64,000 nucleotides of DNA from Saccostrea cucullata (lineage: Eukaryota). Both the position numbers and the translations under genes were made by a program. The notes beneath the pieces are model-generated. The model was not told the origin of the DNA. It did not search any database and was given only the letters and a program-made list of their open reading frames with translations. The stretch covers positions 124,001-188,000 of the forward strand of contig NW_026935833.1 of the NCBI RefSeq assembly GCF_032062105.1, written 5' to 3'. Positions 10,728-24,058 of this stretch are shown piece by piece (position 1 is the first letter of the stretch; every line of letters begins with the position of its first letter).

Positions 10728-13700
10728 GCTCCTTGGTATCAAATTAACAATTTAAGTACATAGTTATGATGAGCAAGAGTGCCTTTTTCAGATTTGTGAA
10801 TTTCATGGCCCCAGGGTCAGGGGTTCTGGTGTTAGGGCGGGGCTCTCTTGATTATAAAGTGAAAATGCATTAATTCTTTGAAAATCTTCTTCTCTGCTCC
10901 TGGGTATTGAATAAACTAACTAAGTACATTGTTATGATGACCAAGAGTGCCTCTTCCTAAATTGTGAATTTCATGGCCCCAGGGTCAGGGGTTCTGGTGT
11001 TAGGGCGGGGCTCTATTGATTATATAGTGAAAATGCATTAATTCTTTAAATATTTTTCTCTGCTCCTAGGTATTAAATAAACTAACTAAGTGCATAGTTA
11101 TGATGAGCAAGAGTGCCTCTACCAAAATTGTGAATTTTATGGCCCCAGGGTCAGGGGTTCTGGTGCTAGGGCGGGGCTCTATTGATTATATAGTGAAAAT
11201 GCATTAATTCTTTGAAAATCTTCTTCTGTATTCCTGTGTATTAAATAAACTAACTAAGTAGATTGTTATGATGAGTAAGAGTGCCTCTTTCAAAACTGTG
11301 AATATTAAGGCCCCAGGGTCAGGGGTTCTGGTGTTAGGGTGGGGCTCTATTGGTTATATTGTGAAAATGCATTTATTCTTTAAAAATCTTCTTCTCTGCT
11401 TCAAGGTATTAAATAAACAACATAAAGTACATAGTTATGATGAGGAAAGAATGGCACCTCAACCAATTTTGTGAATTTTTATGTCCCCTGTGTCAGGGGT
11501 TTTGCCATTTGCTTTAAGGGGGGGGGGGACTTTTGATTATATAGTGAAAATGCATTAATTCTTTGAAAATCTTTTCCTTTGCTCAAGGGTATTAAATTAT
11601 GCCAATGATCTAAGTATATATATATTTTTTTGATGAAAAAAGGTGTATCTAGCAAAACGGTTAATTTCATGCCCCCCTGGGTCAGGGGTATAGGAGGGGG
11701 GGGTTACATAGTCTGAAAATAAATTAATGCTTTGAAATCTGCTTTTTGGTATTAATCAACCATTTATGATGAAATAAAATTCATGATAAAATTTCCAAAA
11801 TTTTGAAATAAATGGCCCCAGGGTTAGTGGTTCCTTTGGGGTGAGGTGCATAAATGGTTATAAAGTGGAAGTGCATTTTCTCTTTGTTACTCTGATGTAC
11901 GTCTGGGTATTAAGTAACAAGAGTAAGCATGGTAAGTGTATAATTATGATAAGCAATAGTGCCTCTTTCAAAATTATGAATTTCATGGCCTCTGGTTTAA
12001 AACACGAAATAAATTCAATTGTTAAAAGTTGTTACATGACCCTCAGGTGACCTATAAGGCACGTGGGCCTCTTGTCTTCCCTTGTAATCATTTTTTCTTT
12101 AATTATTTCGTCAGATGTTAATAATCAATGTGATGTAATCTTTCTTTTCTTCAAAGGCACAGTACTTGTGGTTTTGAGTGGCCTCGGCGGAAAAAATTCT
12201 TTTTTTTTTCGGTGGATATTGGTAAGACAAGATCGAAAACTGATGCAAGACGAAGAAGATCTTCGTTGGTGGCTAGAGTAAACTGCCCATCTGCTAGATT
12301 TGGATCTGCAGTCTCCAAAGATACTTTTGCCAGCAGTGTTCCAGAAGGACTGTCAAAGGAGTTTGTCAAATCAGATGGTGAAACAGACGAGTCCAAATTG
12401 TCGGAAGGAGTGACACAGGTGGATGAGGAAGTAACTGAGGCTCTTGCAGACGAAACAGAAGTAGATGGCATCTCAGAGGATGATATTACAGTGGAGAAAC
12501 TAGCTGAAAAAGCTTCAGAAACAGACATGGAAGAAGTACAAATGGTGGGTGCATCTGAACTGGAAGTTGTAGAAGGGGATGTGCAGAGGAGTTGGTCATC
12601 AAAATTGCTGTTGAGGCACTAGGAGATAAGGTAGCACTCTGAGTCTGAGAAACATGATTATCAAATGGAATGCTGGTGTGGAAACCCTGATCTGGAATAG
12701 AACTTAAATCTACTGCGAATGTCCTGCAAGCCTTGAATCCAGCCTTGATGTTGTCTGGAGTCACAGAAGATTCCCAGGCAGAAGAAAATAAGACTGGCCA
12801 AGTTATTGATCAGGTTGGACGGATTCTGGCAAAGAAACTCGGAGCAGGCTTTATTAAAGGACCGAGATAAGGGACCAAATACAGTTCTATCAAGGGGTTG
12901 AAGCAAGGCAGTGGTGTGCGGGGGAAGTGCCAGGATGTCAATCTGGTTCGCTTTGGTCATTTGAAGAAGACCCAAGACCTCGTGACTCCTGTGTGAATCC
13001 AGTATTAACAACTGAGGACGGTGGGGCCCACAATGTTTCAGAAAAACCTCCTCGAACCACTGATCACCAAGAATATCTGTCGTCCAGGCCTTCTTCTGGA
13101 ATGTCCACACTGTGTCTAGAGGACCATCTTCAGTCGAAAAGGACTCTAGACTCCGTCTGGGTTTGCCTATAACCAAACCACAACCATGGGAGGCATCCGG
13201 GCTCCAGAAACGTTGATACAAGGGAAGACAGAGATGCTTTCTCGAGAATTGGAAATGCGTCCAGGAAGAGAACGAGATCCTTTCCTGGCACACACAGAAA
13301 CAGGAGAATGTCCAAACTGAAATCCCTTCTCGTCACAGTTTCAGATACACTCAGGCTTATCATGAAGATGTCAAGGTGTGGTCAAGAGCACTGAAGCATT
13401 TGGTAAAAATCTCCCGGTTCATCATCTTGGACCGAACTGTGGATAGTATTTCCGGCTTTCTAATGACCAATTCCGAAAACCTAGACCTTAAACCCCGCCA
13501 ACACATGTTTCCAGGGATGCCATTTTTGGAAGGAATTGGAGGCTTTAAGCGGTTTACCAGTTGGCAAGTCTTAGCGTTTAGCATCCCCCGACTGATTCCG
13601 AATCCCATGTCAGCTGCATCTAATGCCAACTTAACAACTTGCTGCTCTATTTCAACAGGGATGGCTGGTGGCTTTCCTGGCCTGGCACCTGCTTCTATCT

Positions 13701-13851
13701 TACCAGTTACATGGTCATGTATGGTAGTTCTTGGCACAGAAAACTGTTGTGAGGCTTTCCTTATCGACATGCCAGACTTGACTGCAGCAACAGCGTTTTC
13801 GAGTTCTTTAACATCATAATTTTGGTATATGTTCTTTCTCTTTTTTGCCAT
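10276..13851 (-). pseudogene. Second pogo-like transposase (DD35D), frameshifted, split by the HINE at 10298-12075
   Basis: MAKKRKNIYQNY...AVKSGMSIRKASQQFSVPRTTI (psq HTH); NCDEKG; LILDSHRSH-x-LPPHTTALLQPLD with 35 residues between the 2nd and 3rd Asp. C-terminal KITSH.LLTSDEII parallels the first pogo (KTSHRLLTTEDVI). Confidence 0.88.
10298..12075 (+). mobile_element. Non-autonomous Helentron-type element (HINE) with ~167-bp tandem array
   Basis: 5' hairpin ggtcacctgagt-aa-actcaggtgacc, (cgt)n microsatellite, ~6-7 units of gtgaatttcatggccccagggtcaggggttctggtgttagggcggggctc, and a 3' subTIR ctcaggtgacc plus palindrome aggcacgtgggcct-cttgt. Inserted into the 3' end of the second pogo transposase. 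Confidence 0.82.
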
Positions 13852-15066
13852 GGTTTCTGATAAAGATAATTAAAAATTTATTATTGTGTTTTTATTTTTT
13901 TGTAATTTCTTATTTAGACAAAAGTAAAATGAATTGTGTCTGTCTGTCTTGTACTTCCATTATTATTTGATCAATGTTTATTACCAAGTACCCCCCCCCC
14001 TCCCCTCTTTATTCCCTTGTTTTTCAAATGCATACTATTAATTCTTAAATTTCTTAAAACCTCCTCGAACCACTGCTCACCAAGAATATCTGTCGTCCAG
14101 GCCTTCTTCTGGAATGTCCACACTGTGTCTAGAGGACCATCTTCAGTCGAAAAGGACTCTAGACTCCGTCTGGGTTTGCCTATAAGCAAACCACAACCAT
14201 GGGAGGCATCCGGGCTCCAGAAGCGTTGATACAAGCGAAGACAGAGATGCTTTCTCGAGAATTGTAAATGCGTCCAGGAAGAGAACGAGATCCTTTCCTG
14301 GCACACACAGAAACATGAGAATGTCCAAACTGAAATCCCTTCTCGTCAAAGTTTCAGATACACTCAGGCTTATCATGAAGATGTCAAGGTGTGGTCAAGA
14401 GCACTGAAGCATTTGGATAAAAATCTCCCGGTTCATCGTCTTGGACCGAACTGTGGATAGTATTTCCGGCTTTCTAATGACCAATTCCGAAAACCTAGAC
14501 CTTAAACCCCGCCAACACATGTTTCCAGGGATGCCATTTTTGGAAGGAATTGGAGGCTTTAAGCGGTTTACCAGTTGGCAAGTCTTAGCTTTTAGCATCC
14601 CCCGACTGATTCCGAATCCCATGTCAGCTGCATCTAATGCCAGCCTAACAACTTGCTGCTCTATTTCAACAGGGATGGCTGGTGGCTTTCCTGGCCTGGC
14701 ACCTGCTTCTATCTTACCAGTTACATGGTCATGTATGGTAGTTCTTGGCACAGAAAACTGTTGTGATGCTTTCTTTATCGACATGCCAGACTTGACTGCA
14801 GCAACAGCGTTTTCGAGTTCTTTAACATCATATTTTGGTATATGTTCTTTCTCTTTTTTGCCATGGTTTCTGATAAAGATAATTAAAAATTTATTATTGT
14901 GTTTTTATTTTTTTTTAATTTCTTATTTAGACAAAAGTAAAATGAATTGTGTCTGTCTGTCTTGTACTTCCATTATTATTTGATCAATGTTTATTACCAA
15001 GTACCCCCCCCCCCTCCCCTCTTTATTCCCTTGCTTTTCAAATGCATAGTATTAATTCTTAAATTT
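13043..15066. repeat. ~1013-bp near-identical tandem duplication of the pogo 5' half
   Basis: 13043-14052 is repeated at 14056-15066; the ORF track shows paired near-identical ORFs. Confidence 0.92.
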
Positions 15067-15915
15067 TTGGTGAAATATATAAAGCAACCCAAAAAAAAAA
15101 TGACTTTTTAATTATTTTTGTACTTGGTAAAAAAAACTGTCATTCATTTAATTTTGTCTATGTTAAATATAGGGTCTATAATCGATTATTTTGACACTTT
15201 CTCTACTGTAAGTGGTGTTGTTAATTCGGACACCGTAATTTCTCTTGATTTTTTTAATGAAATATTGTGTATCTCTATAAAACTTAACCCTTTCACGTTC
15301 GTATCGGTCAATACTGACCGATAAGCCCTTTTTTTCTGACACTTTGCTGAAATAAATTGATAGTTTCGCTTAGAATTAACAGATTTCAAAAAATCAGGTA
15401 CCATTTTAATCGTGAGACTCTACAGAATTTAATTATATGCAATATAATTATGAAATTTAAACATTTATGTCTTAATTAACGGTTAATTCTGACATAACTG
15501 CGAGAAAAAACGCCGAAATTTTGATTTTTATTAATGTGCGTTTTCTACAACTTTCCTCGTTGTTGCAGAAAACATAAGTAATGTTTCGACATAAAACTTA
15601 TTATCTAAAAATGAGGATACTTTAAAGAAACTATTCATATATTTTTTTTACGGATATGTAATGAAAGAATTGAACAGTTCTTGGGTATAATGCAGTAGTC
15701 AAACTGGCATTGGCGTAAAACATAAACAATCGACTATAAACACGTATCGACAAAAAGGATAATCGCAACAGGAAAATGTAAATTAAGTTTTGAAAATTAG
15801 AAGAGTGTAGCTTTCAGTTGGTATATATTTGTAAGTTGTGAGTTCAATAATTCCTACACATAATCCACATTGAAAAGCCAATTACATTTGAATTTTCGCG
15901 CGGTTTGCGGGAAAG

Positions 15916-15917
<2 letters not shown>

Positions 15918-15953
<36 letters not shown>

Positions 15954-16841
15954 CACAAGGGCTAATTAAAAAACACAAATCAGCTAAGTATTGAAAAGTG
16001 TACTTGTTGGGGGAGGGGGGTTGCATCTTTTATTACTTGAGAATGCCACTACTAGTATATCGATAAAGCATACATATATATATAATTTCGCCATACATAT
16101 TTTTATGGAAAGATTTGATTGCCCATCATGGCCCCACCTTAACCCCAGGGGTCATGATATGAACAATCTTGAATTCACTCTGAGAATGTTTCTATTTAAA
16201 TATCACCTTTCATAGCTTTGCTGATCTTGAGAAAAAGATTTTTAAAAGATTTTACCTAGGTATTCCTATGTAAAACTTTGATCAGCCATTGTGGCCCCGC
16301 CCTACTCCCGGGGGCCTTTATTTGAACAAAATTAAATCTAAACTACCTGAGAATGGTTCCACATCAGTTTCATCTTTCCTGGCCTATGGCCCAGTGGTTC
16401 TGGAGAAGAAGATATAAAAAAATGTCCTATATATTCCTATGTAAAACTTTGAGCAGCCATAATTGCCCCGCCCTACCCCCGGGGGTCATGATATAAACAA
16501 AACTGAATCTACACTACCTGTGGATGCTTCCACATGAGTTTCATCTTTCTTGGCTCAGTGGTTCTGAAGAAGATTTTTAAAGATTTTTCCTATATATTCC
16601 TATGTAAAACTTTGATCAGCCATTGTGGCCCCGCCTTACCCCCGGGGGTCATGATTTGAACAAACTTGAAACTACACTACCTGAGGATGCTTCCACATGA
16701 GTTTCATCTTTCCTGGCCAAATGGTTCTGGAGATTTTTAAAAGATGCCATTAATTTTTCATTAATTCATAATTATCTCCCCTTGGAAGAGGGCTTGACCC
16801 TTCATTTGAACAAAGTTGAATCCTCTTCACCCAAGGATACT

Positions 16842-16881
<40 letters not shown>

Positions 16882-16950
16882 GAAGAAGATGAATATATGA
16901 AAAGTTAAAGACAACGACGACAGACGACGGACAAATTTTGATCAGAAATA

Positions 16951-16983
<33 letters not shown>
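15918..16983 (-). mobile_element. HINE carrying Cg170/HindIII-like ~166-bp satellite units
   Basis: Reverse copy of the 42630-44355 family: aacaagaggcccatgggccacatcgctcacctgagc ... ctcacttgagccttcggctcaggtgagctaa. Confidence 0.85.
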
Positions 16984-16984
<1 letters not shown>

Positions 16985-19461
16985 GAGGGCGCAATTAGCA
17001 CTTCCGGCATTGTTGTTGAGAGGTAAACAACTGAACATTCGGCACATTAAATGGATGGCGATTTTCTGTTAGATGAAGTAGATTATAATTATCTTGTTTT
17101 ATTGTTTAGTGGGAAAATTTTCGAAGAATCAGAAGAAAATGACGAAAAGTTTGAAGGATCAAACCCCACAGTTATACATGTTAAATGCACACATATCGGA
17201 GAGAAAAGAAATCCACTACGGCAAGGAAATACTTTTTACTGTGGCAACTTTGAAAGATGGTCATATCGGGCAATATTTTTGTGATTTAACAGATCGTTTT
17301 ACTGTGTTCTTTCCATGTATAAATAGGTACACTCTGAGGAATACTGATCAGGTCCAGCACAACCTCTTGATTAAGCTATATAGCTTTATCTAGCTATATA
17401 GCTTGGTTGAGCTATTTAAAATAGCTTTATTAAGCTATTTGGAATATGACATATTGAAATAAAATTCTTAAAATTAAAAACAAGAGAGTCGCATCATGAG
17501 TACTTGTCAACAAGTTCACCCGTGCATAAAAAATACTCACTAAAATCAAGGTATAAAAGCGATGCGTGTGGGGCGCTCATCTTAATGAAAGGTTTGTTGT
17601 TGACAATGAAACGGTGGAGATTGGCAGATTAAGTGTTTAAGTGTAAAAAATAAACCATGAAAACTAACCCACTGGAGCATCATAGTTCAATTCCCTCCTG
17701 AGCGCTCTACACCGGATATGCTGTATTCAACGTAGTTACAGAAGAAACCCGAATAACGGTAACTTATCCGTCATCCTCTGGTAAAGTATGGAAACATAAT
17801 TTCATTATAAATGCATTTAATGAATCATTGGTGTGAAAGTTAAACTGGTAATCAATAAAGAAAGATTTTAATTTGACAAGCGGAATAAAACAGTCGTATA
17901 ATTTATGATTTTAGCACATAAAAGACAGAAAATACATTTTTTATATAACATGAATATTTTATTTGAGGGAGGGGGGGGGGAGAGGGGGTTTGGTGTTAGT
18001 ACAGAACATTTAATTATTTTTTGGGATAAAAATGCCAACTTGTAGCTGTAGACAACATACAACCTTTGCAAAAGATGAACCTTTTAAAATATATAGACTT
18101 TCTAGTAAAAAATACAAAATTTTAGTTGTTGAAGGTATCGTTGAAAATGGCCATCTGTGTAAAAGAGCAGTGTATTTATGTACAGCATGTGCTGCGTATA
18201 ATGAAAAAAACATAATTTCCAATGAAAAAAACATTCAAAATGAACTTGATCAAGTTATTTATTTGATTTAAACAAACAACAAATCTAAATGAGAATCTGA
18301 TGAAAGCTAGATATCATTGAGATGGTGGCCATCTCAAAGGGCCCCGCTTTTAGCAATGAACGTGAAAATGTAACATAGCTGAAAAGGGTTTATTTTGAAG
18401 GTTTTTGAGATTAAAGGGGACAAAAAGTATTACTCCCTGAAAAATAATACAATTAAAAAACTTTTAGAAATGTATCCTCTATGAAAAGTGTTGCATATCC
18501 CTATCATAATATACAGCTCAACGCACTTTGGTTTTTCGCACAAATTAAGGTTCACATTGTTGTAATTAAAATTACCATTTTCGAACTGCAGTACAAAGAT
18601 ATAACCCTACGTTATATTACATATGTAATGTTCAAGCATAGATGTCTTTTAAAATTATTATTTTAAGTTTCCAAAGTGGATGTTTTTAAGGGGAATTTAT
18701 ATGTAAATGGTACGATGTTTCGACTATACGATTCTACCATAGTTTTTAACAATTTTATAAAAAGAGCTTTCCTTGATATCATGTAGTTGAAATTTTGAAT
18801 TTTTTTTTCCCTTAAAGGTGAGTAGTTTTTAAAATTCTTTGTTCATTTACCATACTCCTCTTGGTTTTGATGAAATGTAGCGCCGAAAAGGGATAACATT
18901 GCAATAGGAAACCACACTAGAGGGAAGGATAATAAAGTATTGTTTATTTTTTTTCAGTAGTAAATTCCTTCTATGAAAAGGAAAATTCCTCTGCATTTAC
19001 GGTTTGAAAGGTTAGAATTTTGCAGAAGGATGAATCTCTCATGAGTCCAGATTTTAGAAGTTGACTCTGAAAATCCCACCTTTTTAACATACAAAGCAGT
19101 CAAACAGATGAAAAATACTATTATCACCCCGAGCTAAAGAGTCAAAGTGTACAGAAAATACAAGCTGGCAGTAGGTAAACTTTGTCCATGTCTACGTTTC
19201 TGCAAAGAGCTGTTGCTTTCAAAAGAATGTATAAAAAGACAATTGCAATTGACAAGAAACCACAAAAATTCAAATGAGAGTAGCTGTTATTCTTCAGCCA
19301 TGAAAATATCAAAGTTCTGCCAATTGATATGTTTGAATTATGTTTTAGTAAATGAAATACCCCCGGTAAAACTCAAATAATGTAAAAGAATACTTTTAAA
19401 ATGTATTTTGATATCTCGATACACAATATTACATCATAACAATGTGACCTTAATTTGTGCG

Positions 19462-20370
19462 AAAAACCATGTGAGCTTAAAAAGTGCGTTGAGCTGTATA
19501 TTGAAGGAAAATCACAAATGTTCCATATCCAGTCCATTTGTTTGAGGCTTAGTGGACTTAAGGGAAAGAAATTATGCAGCAAACAAAGACTTTAAAAAGA
19601 GAGGCTTTGACCTTGACCCTTGACCTAGAAACTTTGTTCAAGGTCACTGCACATTCACTGACCAAAGGCATTCTGTGAGTGAAGTATGAGCAACATGCTC
19701 CGAGCAAGTATTTTTCATATAATTTTGCTATGACCTTAACGTTCGACCTAGAAACATGGTTAAAGGTCACTGCATATCCTTTACCCAAGGGCACTCTGTT
19801 TCTGAAGTATGGGCCAGATTAGGCCAAGGAAAGTGAAAATATGCTCCAGACAGAAATTTAAACAGAAAGGCTATTTTTGAGCTTGACACTAGACCTTGAA
19901 ACTTACCTCAAGGTCACTGCACACCCTTTACCCAAAAGGCACTCTATGGGTGAAGTATGAGCCAGATTGGGCCAAGGGGAGATAAGATATGATCCGGACA
20001 AGGATTTTTCATATCATTCTGCTATGACCTTGACCTTTGACCTAGAAATATAGTTCAAGGTCATTGTACACTGCATACCCAAAGGCACTCCGTGGGTGAA
20101 GTATGAGCCAGATTGGGCCAAGGAGAGAGAAAATATAATCCGGACATTGATTTTTCATATCATTCTGCTATGACCTTGACCTTTGACCTAGAAACATGGT
20201 TCAAGGTCACTGCACACCGGTTACCCAAAGGCACTCTGTGGGTGAAGTATGAGCCAGATTGGGCCAAGGAGAGAGAAGATATGCTCTGGACAAGAGATCT
20301 CGGACGGACAGCTGGACGGACAGATCTAGACTGATCACTATATAGGGCGCCCGGCGAGCGGGGCCCTAAT
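19462..20370 (-). mobile_element. HINE-type element with ~146-bp tandem repeats (gaccttgacctttgacctag family)
   Basis: gaagtatgagccagattgggccaagg recurs at 146-bp spacing (19952, 20098, 20244); (ggac)n microsatellite; terminal hairpin tagggcgcccg...cggggccctaa. Confidence 0.7.
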
Positions 20371-21701
20371 TACTGAAGCCATTGACACTACCGAAAGCAA
20401 AAGAATGATAGGCCGATTTCAATGACAATACATTTAGTCAATACAAGTATGTTGATTTTTTAACATCTGCCACTATTGATACGTGGATATCTGGAAAACA
20501 AAAAACAAAAAAAACAGTGTCATATCTTCATTGTTTTTGTCATTATGTGGGAAAAATATGTCAGATTTATCATCTTCAGAAAAAACAATTGTGTTTCCTA
20601 TTGAACATTTGTACTCTCTTCTATCTTCCAACATAATCAGGCCATTTTCATTCAGTCTGAATCTTTTAACATATTTTATGTCAAATAGCAAAACAGTTTG
20701 TAACATGTATTCTTCCGCCCATCCTGCTGGAAGTTATACTTCTGTTTTGAAATGGATAGCACAGCATGGAACAACACCTCTCACCATTCCATTCCAGCAT
20801 GACGTGTCAACATTTGATAATAACCAAGTGTTAGCAAGGAACTGGAGGGTGCGCTATGACGCCAAAGCTATTCTGAGCTATGTCACGACAGTTGTCCATT
20901 TCTTCCCTAATCCAACTACCGATTTACAACTTGTCCATAATTTCTCTCCCAGACACTGGTTTTACAATATTCAAATATCAGAGAAATACAGTGCTATTTT
21001 AAAATTCATAAATTTATATGAAAATGTATTTAGATCACTTCGTGAAGATTTCATAGAAAGCAGGATACGTGTTTTGTTACAGCATCAGCATCCAGGACTA
21101 AATTATACACAGGACGTCGTTTCTGATCTTTTAAAAAACAAGAACAAGAAATTTTCTGATCATTCAAAGTCCCAGGTTGATGTGTATTCTTTTTTATCAC
21201 ATTCACATAGTAGCCCTCCGAAAATTCAGATGGGAAATCCAATATCGGTTAAACCGCGTTCCTTCAAATCTGTACAAGCTGTGCTAGAGAATTTAAAGTG
21301 CACTGCAGGGATCCCCAATCATAGACAGTGGAGTATAGTAGGTTGTGATGGGCTTCCCTTCCTTCTGTCTCACAGAACTATTAAAAAGATAACCCCCATC
21401 TTCAAGATTTATTCCTTCAAACTGGACTGGGGCATGTTGAAATTAATATGTCCACAGGTACTGTCTCTTTCGTGAAATAAAATTGAATGAATTTTATTAA
21501 ATTTTATACATATATAATTATATAAAATATAACAAAATTCATTCAATTTTATTACATATATTACAGCTGTCATAAAGCTATTATGATAAGTAATTGGGGG
21601 TAGATTTGGCAAAACTATTAGATTATAGATCACCAAAAGCACTGCAGTCCTGCCAACGATAACCACAAGGCCATGCATGCAGTTCATTGAAATTCTTCTT
21701 T

Positions 21702-22814
21702 TTAGCTCTACTGGTCAGAGACCAGAAGAGCTTATGCGATAGTAATGCGTCCGTCGTCCGTCCGTCTGTCTGTCTGTCTGTCTGTCTGTAAACAATTTTT
21801 CAAAATGCTACTCCTCCTACAGTTTTGGTCCGATTTCAATATAACTTGGCACACAAGTAGACTATATTAAGATACATAATTCTGTGCATCGGTTTTTGAT
21901 TTCATTGATCGGTGTTGCTGTGGTTACTAAAAATAGAAATTTCTGTGAAATTCTTTCAAAATGCTACTCCTCCTACAGTTTTGGTCCGATTTCAATATAA
22001 CTTTGCACACAAGTAGACTATATTAAGATACATAATTCTGTGCATCGGTTTTTGATTTCATTGATCGGTGTTGCTGTGGTTACTAGAAATAGAAATTTCT
22101 GTGAAATTCTTTCAAAATGCTACTCCTCCTACAGTTTTGGTCTGATTTTAATATAACTTGACACAAAAGTAGACTACACTAAGGTACATAATTCTGTGCA
22201 TCGGTTTTTGATTTCGATAAACTGTGTTGCCGTGGTTACTAAAAATAGAAATTTTTGTGAAATTCTTTCAAAATGCTACTCCTCCTACAGTCTTGGTCCG
22301 ATTTCAATATAACTTGGCACACAAGTAGACTACACTAAGATACATAATTCTGTGCATCGGTTTTTGATTTCAATGAACGGTGTTGCTGTGGTTACTAAAA
22401 ATAGAAATTTCTGTGAAATTCTTTCAAAATGCTACTCCTCCTACAGTTTTTGGTCTGATTTCAATATAACTTTGCACACAAGTAGACTACACTAAGATAC
22501 ATAATTCTGTGCATCGGTTTTTGATTTTGATGAACTGTGTTGCCATGGTTACTATAAATAGAAATTTCTGTGAAATTCTTTCAAAATGCTACTCTTTCTA
22601 TACTTTTGGTCCGATTTCATTATAACTTGGCACACAAGTAGACTATACTAAGATAACATAATTCTATGCATAGGTTTTTTGTTTGATAAGTGGCAAGGAT
22701 CACTTTTTTTTACTTATTACTGTTTTAAAGTCTCAAGTCCCAACTGCTACTTTTCTCTTCCTTTGTTTTAAGTATAAACCAGTAGAGCTACAGTCTCGAC
22801 AGAGACTTCTGGTT
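21702..22814 (+). mobile_element. HINE / CvA-Pearl-like element, 156-bp repeat family
   Basis: subTIR agctctactgg...ccagtagagct, (gtct)n, ~5.5 units of 156 bp, 3' hairpin agtctc-gaca-gagact. Confidence 0.88.
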
Positions 22815-24058
22815 TTAACAGGTCTGTTAAGAGAAGTGTTCATCATTTTAATAAAATAAACAAAATTAATATACATAAACATTTATTTTCTTTTTTTCAA
22901 ATAAATCTATACCTCTAAGCATTTCCTATCCATAGGGGGGTGAATTGTTGTTCCCCTGCATCTATCATTGCTAGGAAAAGGTAATGGAACCTTCTGGGAA
23001 AGGCTTTTACGCCTGGTGTAAAGACGTAAAGGATCCAAAGTACATGCTGGAGTCCATTTTCACGTATGTACTAGCAGTGTACATGTTCAGAGGTGGGATA
23101 AGACGTAATAACAGCAACGTCATTATGGCCTCCAGAATGAAGTTTTCTCCCTTAATTTTGGTGTGTCCAAAACAAGTACCAACAAATTGAAATGCTATGC
23201 ATCATTATGAGAGTACTAGTCTGTGCACCAACTGAAGTCCTCCAATTCATCCAGGAGCACGACTCCTTCTCTCGTAAGCTTAAGACAGCATGCCCTAACC
23301 TCAACTGCACAATAATGCAAAATGACGCACTTAAATACTAACTTTATTTCCTGCCTATCTTGTGAGACGAGATTTGATTGGTTTGATGGTGGGTGTAAAT
23401 TTCCCTACAGCCGACTTGATTAGTTAAAAAAATGTGACGTCACAAATAACGACGTCAACATGCATTAAATGCATGAAGAAAATATGCACAGTTTGAAACA
23501 CCCATTTTTGAACTAGGTTTTAAAAAAATGATTTCATTACATAACATTAATTAGTTATCCAGGTTTAATGAATGATGTACAGGGATTTGCTCCAGCATTT
23601 ATTAGTATTCTATACACCATGAAGGTGAACAATAAAGAATTTGTGCAATACGTCAATGCATGGGTAAAAACCCGTACACCCTTGAATGAACCGTGGATAG
23701 AATTAACATAAAATTTCTAACCACTTTTTCTTTTTGTTATCCTATGTAGGATATCTATATTTTTTCTGTTTCCTTGGGTTTAAGAGAATTTTTTCCCGAC
23801 CGTATAAATATTTAGAATCTGGAAATGAAAGCAAAGGAGAGGGTTGTGATTTTATATTGGAGGCCAAAAATAGACAGGCTAAAAGCTGGCTTCCCAGTGG
23901 TGCACCAAAGGAGAAACACTGGGTGCAATGTTGCAGAAACTGGATACACTAGAAGATGCAAGTATTTTACAAACATATTGGTATAATAAACATGAATAAA
24001 AGAAAAAAAAGTATTTAAAACATAGTAGGAACTTTTATTACAGACATGAAATAGTTGT

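Noticed and set aside
12212-14983. Plus-strand ORFs of 136, 147 and 180 aa
   Set aside because: They are antisense shadows of the minus-strand pogo transposase.
15170-15900. Left terminus of the Academ-like element or TIR of the second pogo
   Set aside because: Only weak inverted similarity to 34030-34045 and 37850-37875; no convincing TIR/TSD pair.
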